Shown piece by piece: positions 1-14,300 of a DNA stretch of 64,000 nt (positions within the stretch are counted from its first letter, which is position 1; each line of letters begins with the position of its first letter). A program made the translations under genes and the position numbers. The notes under the pieces are model-generated. The model did no database searches, was not told where the DNA came from, and saw only the letters and a program-made list of their open reading frames with translations. The stretch comes from Bugula neritina (Eukaryota > Animalia > Bryozoa): positions 7,472,741-7,536,740 of the forward strand of contig OZ037768.1 in NCBI GenBank assembly GCA_964035545.1, read 5' to 3'.

Positions 1-210
1 ACTTGAAATATTATGATATATTGCAAGTTAGCACTAACTACTAGTAAATTCAAGTATTATGATACATTGCAAGCTGGTCATCACTACATTCATATACTGA
101 ATTTGAGGCTGGTAGACTAGAATAAATGAAATGATACTTTATATCAAGTCTCAGCTATCTAAACCTCCATAATCAACTAATTTAGGGCTGGTGTTGCACA
201 TACTTACATA

Positions 211-1330
211 TGTTATGGTTTCTTCTGTGCTGCCACATATGATGTCTCACTGTGAGATGATGTTGTAAAAGACTGCCTGACGATGCTGCTATAAAGGTAT
301 TCAAGCAATATATTATAAGTGATATTTTGTATGCATATGCTACTATATGATATATCACATATATAGCATTCAACTTCTCTGCAACGTTAGTTAAAGCTCA
401 ATATTGTCTTGTATTGAATGCTTGCATGTATTCTTATATCTATTTCATATTTATCTCTTTTTTCTTTCCATACATGATTTACAGTATATTTTAACAGTAG
501 CTTTAAATAGACAGTTATGGAGGCTATATAATGTACAAGGTATAGGACATATACCTAGTTGCTAGAGAGGATATATAACATAGCCTGCATACTTTCACAT
601 ATGTTGACATATAAACTTTTGTACCTAGAATTTTAGCCTAATGATTATAGCATTTCACTCTTTAGCTATTCGGTACTTATCATGTTCACTATTCATACCT
701 TTATGTAGAGCATCGGAGCTCTAGAGCTATGATGAAGAGATTCTTATGAACTGATGTGACAGCTTTAGAACTAAATCTCCTTCCTCTTATGCACTGGAGT
801 CCGCACTGGTCAGATGGGGCTGGAGAGAAGAAGCTTCCATAAACAACACTGCCAGTTAACACAATACCCACATAACAGTGTCCATACGTAGAATTGTATA
901 TATATATATGTTATATCTATATTCTCATAATAATATGATTATGCATAGGTATCTAGAATATAACTCCATGCATACTTTGTGCTGTTTGTGTTTTATTAGA
1001 TACTTAGCATGCATATCTAAACCCCCCCCCTCCCCCCTCCCCTGCAGTGTATAATATAACAATGTCATGCTTACTGGAATCAATCAGGTAAAGAGGTAGA
1101 GACTGGTACCACTTTAAGTATTAACTCACACATGGCACCCATAGAAGGCATATAATAAACAGTAATCAGCAGTCATACGCGTATGTATAAGTGGTTTTCA
1201 TAAAAGTGACACATGAACTAGCAACAACAAACTTACCATATATGGATATGATGAAGGGGTGAGCTGTGTGAGTTAGCAGGGCTCCGTAATGGTTATACTC
1301 AACGCTGCCTCAATGCTCAAAACTTTACAC
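211..1330 (-). other. Candidate spliced exons of a minus-strand transcript running off the left edge (possible paralog or pseudogene of the orphan gene, or lncRNA)
   Basis: GC-richer segments bounded by splice signals on the minus strand: ~1330-1238 ending TATG|gtaag, 819-699 (cttcttctctccag|...AAAG|gtatga) and 291-211 (tttatag|...ATAT|gtaagt). No single clean frame could be built across them. The 5' end resembles the orphan gene 5' region (gctcaaaactttacac ~1315 vs gctcaaaattacagc ~14502). Confidence 0.3.
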
Positions 1331-1420
1331 TGTAGTGTTTGTGAAATGATATCAATTTTTGTTGTTACTTGATCTGCTCTGGTTGCTTTAGAAATAACAC
1401 AAAGGAACTTTATGCACTAA

Positions 1421-1867
1421 AGTTGCGTTTATACCTCTGCTGAAAAAAGTACCGAGTTTAAGTTAATAACGCTTTTCCGGGTACCCCTTTATAGTCAAAC
1501 TTAAACTCGTTGAAATCATATTGATGCGGTTGCTCACTTTCTGAAATTGAAATTTGACTCGCATAATAGCTATTTGATGCCCTTTGTAAACGTCGTGAAT
1601 TAGTGAAGCGGAAAGCATAAAAGCGATAATTGAGAAGGCGTAGGCTATATAATTATAATTGTATAAGTACGTTGTCTAATCGCCAAAGTAATAACTAAAT
1701 AACGATGTTTACAAGGAGTTATTACTCCTATTCTAAAATTGGCCGATTAAGTTATCACAGTACAAAAATTTCAACGGGTGGCTTTTACAATGCAATGCAA
1801 CTCGGAGAAATTTCAACCCGGCCAAATTTAAATTTTGACCGAAAATCGTGAAGGTATAAACGCAACT
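1421..1867. mobile_element. MITE, PIF/Harbinger (Tourist)-like, 447 bp
   Basis: Perfect 16-bp TIRs AGTTGCGTTTATACCT (1421-1436) / AGGTATAAACGCAACT (1852-1867), flanked on both sides by TAA (1418-1420, 1868-1870). No transposase ORF. Confidence 0.8.
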
Positions 1868-2529
1868 TAAGTTGTATGGCAATGGAATTAAAACTTGAAT
1901 CAGCATAATTGTAGTCATGAGCTAAATTATTTATTCTATGTATTATATGTTGAAGTAATTTTCTTTGTTATATTTCCAATAACTTTTGTGCAGCTCAGAA
2001 AATAGAAGCTAATGAAAGCTTTCTATTATTAGCAAGCTAACAAAAAGCTGCAATGTCTTTATAAAATTCTTAACATGGGTCTTTATACAAAAAACTCCTG
2101 TTAAGAACTTCACCTATTGATGATTATTTAATGGCTTAACAAATAATTAGAAGTTATTTAAATTAAATACGGCTTCTGTTGAATAGCGAAAGAGAGACTG
2201 TTTACTCCAACCAATATTCAGTACAATATGACGTACTAGATTCTAGAATACAGCAGAACAGTTTAACATTTAATCTTCACTGAAGCTCACTCAATTGTGC
2301 TGTCAGCTACACCTCACCAAATTGACACCACCAGGACAACAAACCACGTTATAACAAGACTTGAGTATAAGAAAAAAACAATATAACTATAATTGTACCT
2401 ATGTTGGACAAAAGACACGAATACTATAAACATATTTATTTTTGTTATCTAATATGACCTGTTCTCTAGCGCATTCTGTTGTCAACTTTGTAATGATTAT
2501 TAGGTAAAGTTTATAACAAGTTTTACGCA

Positions 2530-3097
2530 AGTTTAAAAACTCACACAAAAACCTCAGAAAAGTTTAAACTTTAAAGTCACCATCCCTGTGAGAAACCCCT
2601 GATGGAAAGACGTGTTTTTATTAAAGGCCTGGCCTCACAATCGTGAGAATTACACGAATTTGAGGGAATTCAAACAAAATCATCTTAGTTGGGTGTACAC
2701 AACGATGATGATGGACGAAAAATCACAATTGACGATAAGCACCATTTGATTGGTCAATAGAATTTTTGCAACAGTAATTATTTGATTTCTACCATGTTTC
2801 TCTATTTGGCAATTTTCTGTTGTTTGTATCTCGTGCAAGACTCATTTTAGGACTATTTATTATGTGTGGCTGGTCATAACGAGAGGATAACTCACGAAAA
2901 TCGTCACACGATTTCGTGTCATTCTCAAGATTGTGAGGCCAGGCCTTAAATCAAGATAAGGATTTATTTACATGGGCTACAAGAGCAATTATGACTGAAT
3001 GCTCTTTCTGATATCACCAATGACTTTACCAGGGTTTGAAGCCATGGCTTCGTGTTTACTAAGTCAAGCGATCTAGCCCCAATACCATGGCTGCTCC
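2530..3097 (-). mobile_element. tRNA-derived SINE family A copy, interrupted by a MITE
   Basis: Colinear with the copies at 13976-14186, 19750-19942, 25035-25224 and 39715-39908 once 2625-2949 is removed. Degenerate A/B boxes at the right end. Approximate TSD gtttataacaag/gtttataacgag. Confidence 0.75.
2625..2946. mobile_element. MITE, PIF/Harbinger-like, 322 bp, nested in a SINE
   Basis: ~35-bp imperfect TIRs AGGCCTGGCCTCACAATC(G/T)TGAGAAT(T/G)ACACGAA, with TAA TSD at 2622-2624 and 2947-2949. Confidence 0.85.
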
Positions 3098-5377
3098 ATG
3101 GTGTTTATAACGAGTCTAAAACAGAAAAAGTCCCCTTTGAGGATTTTCTTGGCAAATTTGGTATAACAAACATGTTCGTTTTCACAAGATAGTACCTATG
3201 TAAAGAACGTATAGCCTCACTCAGGAAAAGAACATGCAACTTGAAAATGTAGAAAATTGGCTAAGTTGTAAAAATGTGCCCATTGAGTTTATTTCAGAGC
3301 CACTTCAATGAGTTTAACTAATCCATTGCAGACAAAGCATTTTTAGACACAGCAGGTGTCAAACTTTTACATTCGACTGTACATTTGAGAGTAAAATGTA
3401 TCTAAAACCTTATTTGTAACAATAGCCAAAATTGTAACATATATTCAAGCTTGGATCACATCAACTATATTATTTTATAAAACTGCTACATACGTCAAGT
3501 AATTGTAATAAAAAATGCAAGGCTACTGTATATCTAAAGTCACTACTTCAGACCGAGATTGTAATTAATATATCAAAAAAAATTACATGCACCTGTGTCC
3601 ACGGCAATACATATACAATAATGACTCAGTAATACTAGCCATTTACATAATTTACAGTGTACTTTACATACACTGATAGAAGTTGATTTTTTTAAGCTCA
3701 TCACTGTACATTTTACCATTATTATTTTATTAGCAATTTAGTGTTCATTGATGATCAATGTATTATGATGTATTATGAATGTATTATTTTTGGTATTTTC
3801 ATCTTCATACCAAATATTCTTTCTTCCAATGCAAATTGTCTTTTAGGAATTAAATGTCACATTTCCGAAAATAAAATATTTATGTACACTTTATATGAAT
3901 GTGACCTTTGACTAAAATTTGATAGAACTAGTGCCATTGTATCTCAATGTGCCAGTAATGTACAGCAATGGTATAATATATGACACGAAATTTCTAGGAA
4001 AATTTTGTATAAAATTTTGATTCTTTCTTAATATTTGCTAAAGAAAAGATACTTTAATGCTTAGTAATTATTCAAATGATGATTTTATTATTATAATATA
4101 TTAAATACATTATCATAAATAAATATTGCATGCAAATTTTAAATATTTTCTTGGTATGACTACTACTTGTTTTATTTCATTATTAGTTCTGCACGCAAAT
4201 ACATGCACACATATGTATGTGTATATGGGTGCACTGCTTTTATACGATAATATTACAAGTATTTATCCAAGTTAATCAAAGTTTTCTTATGGACTTGGTG
4301 CCCTAACATCACTGAACTTGAGAAAGAAAGAAAGAGTTGATAAAAAGCCACCATACAAACTGTTGCATAAAGATTAGGTGAGCACAAAATATAGGCAACA
4401 TGCACCAAATTTTACATATATGTTACATATAAATATCATGTGCTTTCTGGTTATATTTTCTCCTTTCCTGCTTTAGTTTTGGCTTTTATATGAGCAGACA
4501 ACAAACCACAAAATAGAAGTATTGAAACATGAGTTTATTTAATTAAGAGAATATTGTGTAGCTCTATCATGTCTGGTCCGCTCTCATACAGCTCTACATT
4601 ATGCTACAAGTTATTAAATATATTTACAGTAAATAAAAAAAGGAAGACTTTGAAATTATTGAAAGGTTGATTTTACGAAACGAAATGTATAAAATAAATA
4701 AACTAAAACTACATAGGCTGTGCACCCATGCGTAAGTTGCCAAAGAGAGAATGAAACCGTTCAGTGATCAAGATCAGCCATCCAAATGTGAGTCAGGGCC
4801 GCGATACCCCAGCGAGAAAAGCACCCCAATATACAAGCAGCACACAAACACCAGCCGTGTAGGATTTCGTGTGCAATGACTGATTCATAGTCAGTCATGA
4901 AGCTAAGCTACACTACATTACTGTGCCAAAGCATAGTAACATCTAGCCAGTGATGAGTACTGAATGCAAAAGAAAGTGACAGATCAAGGAGGATATCCCT
5001 ACCCCGAGAACATTTATCAGACTGCCTGTCACACCTCCCGGTCCCACCAACCCCCAGACACCAAACACATGGGTACCCAGTCTATGTAAATGCCTAAAAA
5101 CATAAATAATTCTAGTGTAAACCTAAAAGTAAAATATATAAATAATAAAGTAACAGCAACCAAAATAATTGAATATACAAAAAACATAAATAATTGTAGT
5201 ATAAACATAACATGTATTTACAGTCAAATGTATAAAAACAAAAGAAAAGTATCACCAAAAAATAAACGAAGACAATTAAAAAATTATATATAAGCATAAC
5301 ATAAAACTGTGTGAGAATGAATGAGACATGATAGAGCTTCAAACTATGTAATAACTAATAAAAAAAGTAACCACTTT

Positions 5378-8300
5378 TTATTTTGTAAATGGTTTTCTCA
5401 ATGTTTTAAAAAACTTCTGCAGCTTTGATGGTTTTGGCGAATGTGAAGTGCCTGATGTACCAGCACCTGTAAAGAAGACACAAACAGTAAAACTACTTTG
5501 CAAACTTTTAAATATAAGTTGAATTGCTTAACAGAACTTAACAGAGAGCGAGAGGAAGGGGTTACATACACTACAAATCTGTTACTTGATGTAACCACAG
5601 TGAATCTGTTCTATTGATCAACTACTATGATGACTCATAGCATGGCTGACAGGTAGTTGACCTCAGGGGTTGAGGGTCACCATAGATTTGTGTTAAATGA
5701 GTTCAAAAATAATTCTAAAGTTTATTAAATTAGTGATTGTAACTTAAGAAAATTTAAAGTTAAATTTACCAACATTCAACAATTAACAGATTTACAAACT
5801 CACCATCATCAGAAACAGGAGCTGATCTGTAAAATTTTTCACAAAAGTAGTAATATGTGATTAAAAAATCTTCTACATAGTAGAGTTTGGTAAATTCTGG
5901 TTCAATAAGTAAATGCATAACAATTTATGCAAAGGTCTGGGAAATACTCTCACTATAAGGCCGGTAATGTTAAAAGCCACACAAAGGAAAGTAAACATTT
6001 GCTAACAACATAAAACTTATTCACCAAGTTAAGATTATACATACTTTGATTTAGTGCTAGTAGCTTGCACATTAATCTCTATTGGAGGGAGTACTATTGT
6101 GGTGGACCTGTAAATATTATATGATATAATTACTTAGAATAAATAGAGTCTACATCAACACATCATAACACAAGACACAATATAAACAACACAATAATTA
6201 CTACAACTAAACCACAGTAAGTTACTGAACTGCTAGTGACTTACTCTGAATATAATGACACAGAAACTTACCTTCCCTCTGCTGGATCACATTGGTTAAC
6301 CATTCTAGTAGAAGGATTTGACTCAGCTACAACAGAGAAGACACTACATACTAGTTTAGCTTTATACACAGACTCTGCAAGTGGCTCTGGGAGAAGAGAG
6401 AAGGTGATAAAACAACATTTTGTAAAAGAAAATCTTGTTCTCTCTATAATGTAAGACAAAATATAATCTTAGCCCTTCAAAGATGTAAAACATGGAGCTT
6501 CATAGCATAAGCTCCACAAATAAGATTTGAAAAGCCGTGCTGGTGTGTTAGTAACTATCTGAAAGGATGTATATTCTGTTTATTTTATTAATATAATCAT
6601 GTTATGATGAAGGGTGGCATATAAACTAGTAAAATGTTTCAAAAGCAACTAACCTCAATTGTGTTACGCTACTATAGAAACTAAAAACTTACTGTGAATT
6701 TTGATAGAGACTTCAATGGTTTTCACATTCATAGGATACACCTTCTGGACATTTCCAGCAGTAGATGTATGAACAGTTGTAGAAGTGTGTGACTCCATCT
6801 TGTGGGCGGAGTCTTCTTCTGATTCACTGAGCCATGAGAGGTTCAATTTCTTTCTCTTAACAACTTTTTGCTTTGATCCACTGTGAAAGATTGTTTTTTA
6901 GTTATGAGAAATTATTAAAATACGACAACAGCAAAATTATAAAATGCATTCCTCATGAAACAAATAATGAAGATAGAGAAATTATTTATCTTTGCTTAAA
7001 CATGGGTGAAGCAGTGATAGTAGTGCTACCAGCAACACTGACATTATGCAGTGCAAGAGATTATACATGAAGATCATGAGTTTACCTGCCACATTGTTGA
7101 TCCATAACGACATCATGCTTTTTCAAAGTTACTGTTCTGTCAGCTACAGAATATTATTACACATTGTAACAAATTTGAATTGCACAATAATACAATCATA
7201 CCGATAGTAAGAAAACAGGTTCAAGCTTTATAAACTATTGCCATATCTTCAACAGGTTAAAACTATATACAGTAGAGATAGTCGGGTATAAAAACAGTGA
7301 AAAAGTAGAATGTTTTAAGCACAATTTCTGTATCTTTTCTGATAGACTAGCAGAAAGTATAATGTAACTATATAGAAGTTAGCATGTTTCGTCAAATTGA
7401 GACAATTATATATTATAACTATACTTACTGGTTTGCTACACTTTCTGCTATGCTAAAGTAAAGTATTAAAACTTGTGTTCTGGTAAAGAGACTCGTGTTA
7501 AGGATAGAATACTCACAATATCCTAGAGATTCTGAACCTGAGACATTCTGTGACAGAGATGACAGATCATGGATGGAAACTGGAGTGTCTGGCAGAGAGG
7601 TACTTCTTCTACTATAATTATTAGTAAATGTGAGTTTATCAAACAACAACCATGCAGTAATATAGTGGGTGAGTTGCTATAAAATAAACAGCAGAGTTGG
7701 ATACTTTATAAACTGAGCATATATTCTACTGGGCATATGTATAGTAAGTGAGCTTGTATCAGAGTTGTATACTCTGTAAACTGTACAACCGATACTGTGT
7801 ATACCTTCCAGGTACATCAGTCTTGTTACAAGTTAAGTATTACTCTGACTCATACCATCTCTACATACTCACATGTCAGAAGTTGTAGCTGTTTCCAGAT
7901 CAGAGCTGAAAAACTGCACATTTTCTAGTCTCTCTCTTTTTATTCTGTCATGAATTAACCATGGATTCTTCTTCAACTGGTTTCTTGTGATTCTAACATT
8001 TGGCTTAGAGGACACTTGAGTTCCATGGGTCCTGTCAACTGTAACACAGCAAACATTTTCCAATACTAAACTGATGCATTACATACTAAATCACATATTT
8101 GCAAAGTAAAACAAGATAATTGTACAGCATGAAAATATATGTTTTTATCTGACATTGTGTGGCGTTGGCAGATAGCAACTATATCAATATCCATTTGTAT
8201 TCTGTATAGTTGGTAATAATTTCAAAGTATGTTTTCAGGCATTTACAATAACAAAGTTGAACAAGATCATATATATTTACTATATGTAAAGCAATATTTT

Positions 8301-11300
8301 ACAGTTCACAGGCATATTTTAAATTAGAATATAAAAGTGTCCTAAATTCTAGCAAGTATGTCAAGTACATCAAGTGTGAATAAATTTACATATAGTGCTG
8401 CACAAGACAACAACATTATTTTACTACAGTTAAGATAATATGTCTCAAGTTGATAAATACAAAAGTCAACTTTACTTCTTATCCATGGAAGATGAGGAAC
8501 ATCTCTTGAGTTACCTGAGAAGTTTCTGACAATTTTTAGTCCCTTCTCCAGAAAAGTTATCTTCCCACGAGTTTTGTTATCAGCTGTACCTGGAAATGTA
8601 TGTTTGCTTTTAGCAGTTGAAAAGTTGTAGTTGAAAGTCACAAGATAATAATTTCATCAAAGGATAACCAGCACTCAGCTTATATACTCAATAACCGACG
8701 CTATATGAACTAGTTTATTCATAGCTACACTAAGATATGTAGAAGCAGCTGTAAGTCAACAACACTACACAACTCATACCATTCTTAGATGGACGCAGTC
8801 TGATAATATTTCGGTTTTTCTTAATCATTTCCAAAATGGCTTCCAGTTTGGACTTAGCAGCAGCTTCACCCTCAGAGTTGGTATCATTTTCATCTGTGGA
8901 TAAAACAGCAATAAAGTATATTTAGTTTTCTATAGTCCGGAGGTGTATCAACAAATAGTAATCAAAGTACTTTTATGGTTTAAAAGTAATATGTAAAGTT
9001 ACAAGATTAGTTAGCAAAATTGCACATTTAATGTAGAAAGTCAATATTGAAAAAACAAAATTTAGTAAAATCTTCAATCAACAACCAGATAAACTTCTGA
9101 CATGATTCTCATGGAAATGAAAGAGAAATAAACATAATTATTACATAAGAGTTTACCATCTAATAAAACAGGCAGCATGGGAATTCGCCTTCTACATCCT
9201 GGTTTATCAGCAGCATTCTTCTTCTTACAAACAGTTGCTTTATTATCATCTCCTTCACTAACATCATGGTGACCTGTAGTAAATTATATGTGACAGCTCT
9301 ATCTCTTTCTACAGTGATTAAAACTGAGTATGAAGCAGTAATTTATAAATTCACAAGTCACAGCATCATAATGTAGCAGAAAATAAAAACAATGGAAACA
9401 AAAACAGTATGTTAAATGTTAGCTACTTGTTGTTTGAATATTAAACCTATGTTGTCCTATTTTCTATTTCATCAAGTAACAAGTCACATGCGTAGAATAA
9501 AATGACAAACAAAAGTTTCACTTTTTATACCTTTCACCAATGTAGGTAAAGCAACCTTGGAATTCCTAGTTTGAGATTTACTGGTAGTTGCCCTCTCCAT
9601 AATAGGAGCTATCTTACGACAAGCTCTTCCCCTTTTTCTCTTTTTAGCAGTGTCTTTCTCTGTGAAATTGTTGAATACAAACAATATTATGAAGAAAAAT
9701 AGAATAAAATCTTAAATCAATAACATATGTAAGATTAATAATTGTAGTGTTGAGTTTAGCCGGTGGCCCCTGTGGTGCAATGGTTAGCGCTTGCTTGCAA
9801 GTAAGTGGAGATCTCGGGTTTGAATCTCAATGGGGGCAACAGTTTTATAACAATGAATGAAAGCACCAAATAAAGGTCTGACATAATTCTCACCGAAACA
9901 TGACAAAAATAAGCACCAAAAGCTAACATCATTATAAAATAAGAGTTTACCATTTATCAAAGAAGGCAGCATAGCACATTGCTCTCTACTTCCAGGTTTA
10001 TTAGCTGTATTCTTCTCCTTGCAAGCAGTCGTTTTATCATCATTCTGTACACTAACATCATGGTGACCTGTTTTAAATTATATGTGAGAGTTCTTTCCCT
10101 TTTTACAATAATTAAAACTGATTATGAAACAAGTCATATATTCTCACAGCGACAAACTTTTACGAGTCACAGCATCAAAGTTGAAGAACAAGTAATGATT
10201 AGATCATACGAGTATAAGCTTTTCAAACAAAACAATCTGTTAAATGTTAGCTACACGTTGCTTGAATAGTAAACCTATGTTGTCACTTTGCATATTTTAT
10301 ATCTCATCAAGAATCAGGTCACTTTTGTAGAATAAAATGACAAACACAAGGTTTATTCTTTACCTTTCACCCGTGAAGGTGAAGCAATTTTAGAGTTTCC
10401 AGTTTGAGAGTTACTAATAGTTGTCTCCTCTACAATGAGAGACATTTTACGGCAAGCTCTTCTCTTCCACTTTTTAGCAATGTCTTTTTCTGTGAAATAG
10501 TCATATAACAAATATATTATAAGCTAAAAATTCAAATATTGAAACATTTATAATAACATAAGAATGTCTTACTTCAAGACAAGACTATATAATATAACAA
10601 ATTACAAACTTAAACAACACATTTAATTTTTACATTAAAATATGTTATCAGCTAGCACAAACATGTTTGTCAATTGATTCAAGCTTTAAATCATTTTACA
10701 GGTATTCCAATCAACCTGATTTACTTCAAAGTCTAAAATATTGAGAATATATTTTGTTATTTGTTCCATATCTCACTAAACGCAATGATAATTAACTGAC
10801 ATAAACAGAGTTAAATTAAATAGTAGTTTACTGTTGGTTGTTGGAGGCAAAACAACATCTTCTGCTTGAATGTTATGTTTTTTAATCGTAATGGTCTTTC
10901 GTTGTCGTCGAGCATATCTACCAAGAGTGCTTTTGGTAAACAGTTGACTTACAGAGCAGTTCCCACCTGCCAAAAAATTACATTTTAACAAAACCTATAT
11001 AAAATACATGACGATATGACAAATATACCCCGTAGGAACAAAGCATTCCACAATATATAAGTATTCCTCGGCTACATAATAGAATATATAAAGATCTACT
11101 AAGAATATTAAACATAATTTACCATCCAGTAACGGAGGCAAAGTAATCACTTTGGTGAATGATTTACTGGTAGTTGCCTCTCCTTTCTCATCAGCAGTTA
11201 TCTTCTCCTGTGTAGTACCACTACTTACTGCACTACCACCAGCATCACCTGTAATACATGTATAGGTTTGTTATAAGTTAAAATATGTAGAGGAGAATAG

Positions 11301-14300
11301 GGCTAGTTCAATCAGCACCTACATTTTAAATCCTCTTTTCCAAAAACTTTCTAGGTCTTTTGAATTACATGGAAGCAAAGCCAAAATTTTGAGGTGAGGT
11401 GAGCAAGCATTTTAGTTAATTAAATCATACAAATTATCCAACTAAAATATCATTGTTTTATAAAATTCTGCATTTGAATTCATATTTTCGTCATAACTAA
11501 GGTTTTTCTACCATCAATATAATATAAAGACATAGAATATATAAAACACTATTATTAATTGTAAAGGATCTAACAAAGAAGCATGATAGCCCTTGTTACA
11601 AATACCACTAGAACTTTTATTTTTAGCCTTTAATGGTGATATTTGTTATTATTAGATAGTTCATTCTCCTGTGCAGCAGTCAGCTGCCTAATAATAGGTA
11701 AAGCCTAACCGCCACCTTTGTTGAAGTCAGCTTTTAGGGTTTGACAGGAACTGATCCATCTTCCTTTATGAGGTCATTACATGTGCCCCATAGTTAGCTG
11801 ACCCTAATTATAGCTAAATTTAGATGTAATTACCTTTTCTTTGTGATTGCCCTGGTATTTAAGGCAGCATTGAAACTCCAAAAAGACAGTCACTCATGTA
11901 GCCTAAGCTGAGCTACTTATTTTGTTAAGTTAAGTGACAAAGAGCTAAATTTTGAAGATATTATAGCAAGCTCGTCAAGAGAATAAAGGTATTTTATTAT
12001 TATTCTTTGCTATTTTTAACTTGATAATGCTTTATGTCTTTTATTACAATTTTTATTGCTGTTATATTTTAATATTATATCGTGATGTTTGCTGGTATTT
12101 GAACAACTGTATTGTATGAGTTTTAGCACACCTATATGTATTCTTTATGTTACTTGTAGTTTTTACGATTTAGAAGAAAATTAATAAAAGTGAGAGATTT
12201 GTTAAAACTTCTTCTCAGTCCGTACCAAAACCATTTTTGTGGCGAGACCTTGCTCAACATTAATATTAAACATAATTTACCATCCAGTAATGGAGGCAAA
12301 GAAATCACTTTGGTGAATGGTTTACTGGTAGTTGCTTCTCCTTTCTCATCAGCAATTATCTTCTCCTGTTTTGTAGTACTATTTACTCTACTACCACCAG
12401 CATCACCTGTAATACATGTGTAGGTTTTTTATAATTTAAAATATGGAGACTGAAAAGCACTATGCATTTTTTAGAACAAAGGAAGATAATGAATCCCTGC
12501 ATCACTAAGAATGTGAATTTCAACTCTGAACCAGCTATAGAAATAACATGTGAATGATGGAGTTACATAAACTACTATTGGTACAAATTAAACAACTTTT
12601 TCTAAAAGTTCACAACATAAAATTACAGATATAAAGTGAGAGTTTACCTGCTTTCAATAAACACTCCAATGCAACATTTTTCCTCTTGCTCATCAGTTTA
12701 CCACTTTCCTTCTGCTCTTTCTTCATAAGAGTTTTCTGACTCTTGATTTCACCACTAGCTCCTTTGCTAGAACTACTCGGACCTAAAATATTACCTCTAA
12801 TACCTTACAACTTGTTACATGATTTGTTTCATTTGTGCTCTACATATTACTCATTATTAACGGTGTTCTGTGGTGTTATGATTACGAGTAGATCCCAGAG
12901 TGTAGTTGGTAGTATGCTGGTGATACGTTGAATATTGTAATCAAATGGTCAGAAACAACATGACCTGAAGAGTCAAATAAATTAACTTGACAAGACGTAC
13001 CAGCAAGAGGAGGGATCCCTTCCTCTATGATACAAAAATAACCATCAGAGGTCTTCTTACAAGGTGGTAAGTTTGCTAGTAGCTGGCTACCAGTTTGACC
13101 TTGACTTCTGGGCGGAGCTGAGGATTCACTAGATAACATATACAAAGTATTATAATAATAATCTACAGAAGGACTATTTCTATATTGACAACTGGCATAA
13201 AATAGACTGATCAAACTATTCATTTACTATGTAAAGGTTAAAAACCATTATAGTGATAATTTTTAAAAAGGATTCTATACTCTACCCTATACCACTACTG
13301 AATCAAATAGAACAGAGAACTCTGAGAGCTTCAAGTAAAAGTGTAGCTGCTACACATCATTCTTTCAACAAGTTATTAAGAGTTGTCATTCATTAGAGTA
13401 ACAAAGCAACACCTTCCTAGCAGATATAACAGAAATACAGTCCCATTATATCTCATAGTCCAACTAACAAAATACTCATACAAAGTTGATGACAGAATAA
13501 ACAGATACTTACTCTCTCCAGTCTACAGGTTGCACCCTGTTACTTCTGGTAGTACAGGATAAAAGGGATTGAAGAGGAAAACATGGCGGAGCTAATAAAA
13601 AATAAATTTCTGTTCACAGAAAAAATATAACACCAAATGAGCTAGTAATACAATGTGAAATATTTAATAAAAAAATACACCTCAATTATTTCATGAGTGA
13701 GCAAAACATGTCAGTAGAAACTATGTTAATATAACAACTCAAAACGAACCAGTTTCCTGCTCTCCAGAGGATATGACATCATAAGAGTCATAACGTTGAG
13801 CTATTAACCCCAGGATCCCCTCAAACTCATCGTCACAAAAAGAGAAGTCTTCAATAGTGTGACAAGACTCACTGGTTATACGCTTAACCAGAGTTGGAGA
13901 ATTTCCTCTCTCACTGCCTTTGCACCTGTTGGAAAATATTTCTATTATACTAAATACTAGATTCCAGTTTACACAAAAACCTCATGCATGTTTATAGTCG
14001 CTATCCCTGTGAGAAAACCCCTGAGAGAAGGGGCTTTTGTTAAAGCGGGCTAAGGACTTATTTAAATGGGGCACAGGAGCAATTATGACTGGATGCTCTT
14101 CCTAACATCATCAATGGCCTTTGTCAGGGCTTGAACCCATAACCACGTGTTTACTAGGCAAACGCTCTAACCCCTAGACCACGGCTGATTCTAGTTTACA
14201 CAGAGATTCAATAATTATTTACAGATTGTGCTTGTCTGTAATACACTTACTTTGTGCAATTTTCAAGACATTCCTTCAAACTCAAAAAATATCAAATTAT

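Noticed and set aside
5567-5682. Additional orphan-gene exon
   Set aside because: The acceptor reads ctatg rather than AG and the frame hits TAG; at best a decayed exon.
9765-9837. Functional tRNA gene
   Set aside because: 6-nt anticodon loop, mismatched T-arm/B box and intronic position favour a SINE head or pseudogene.
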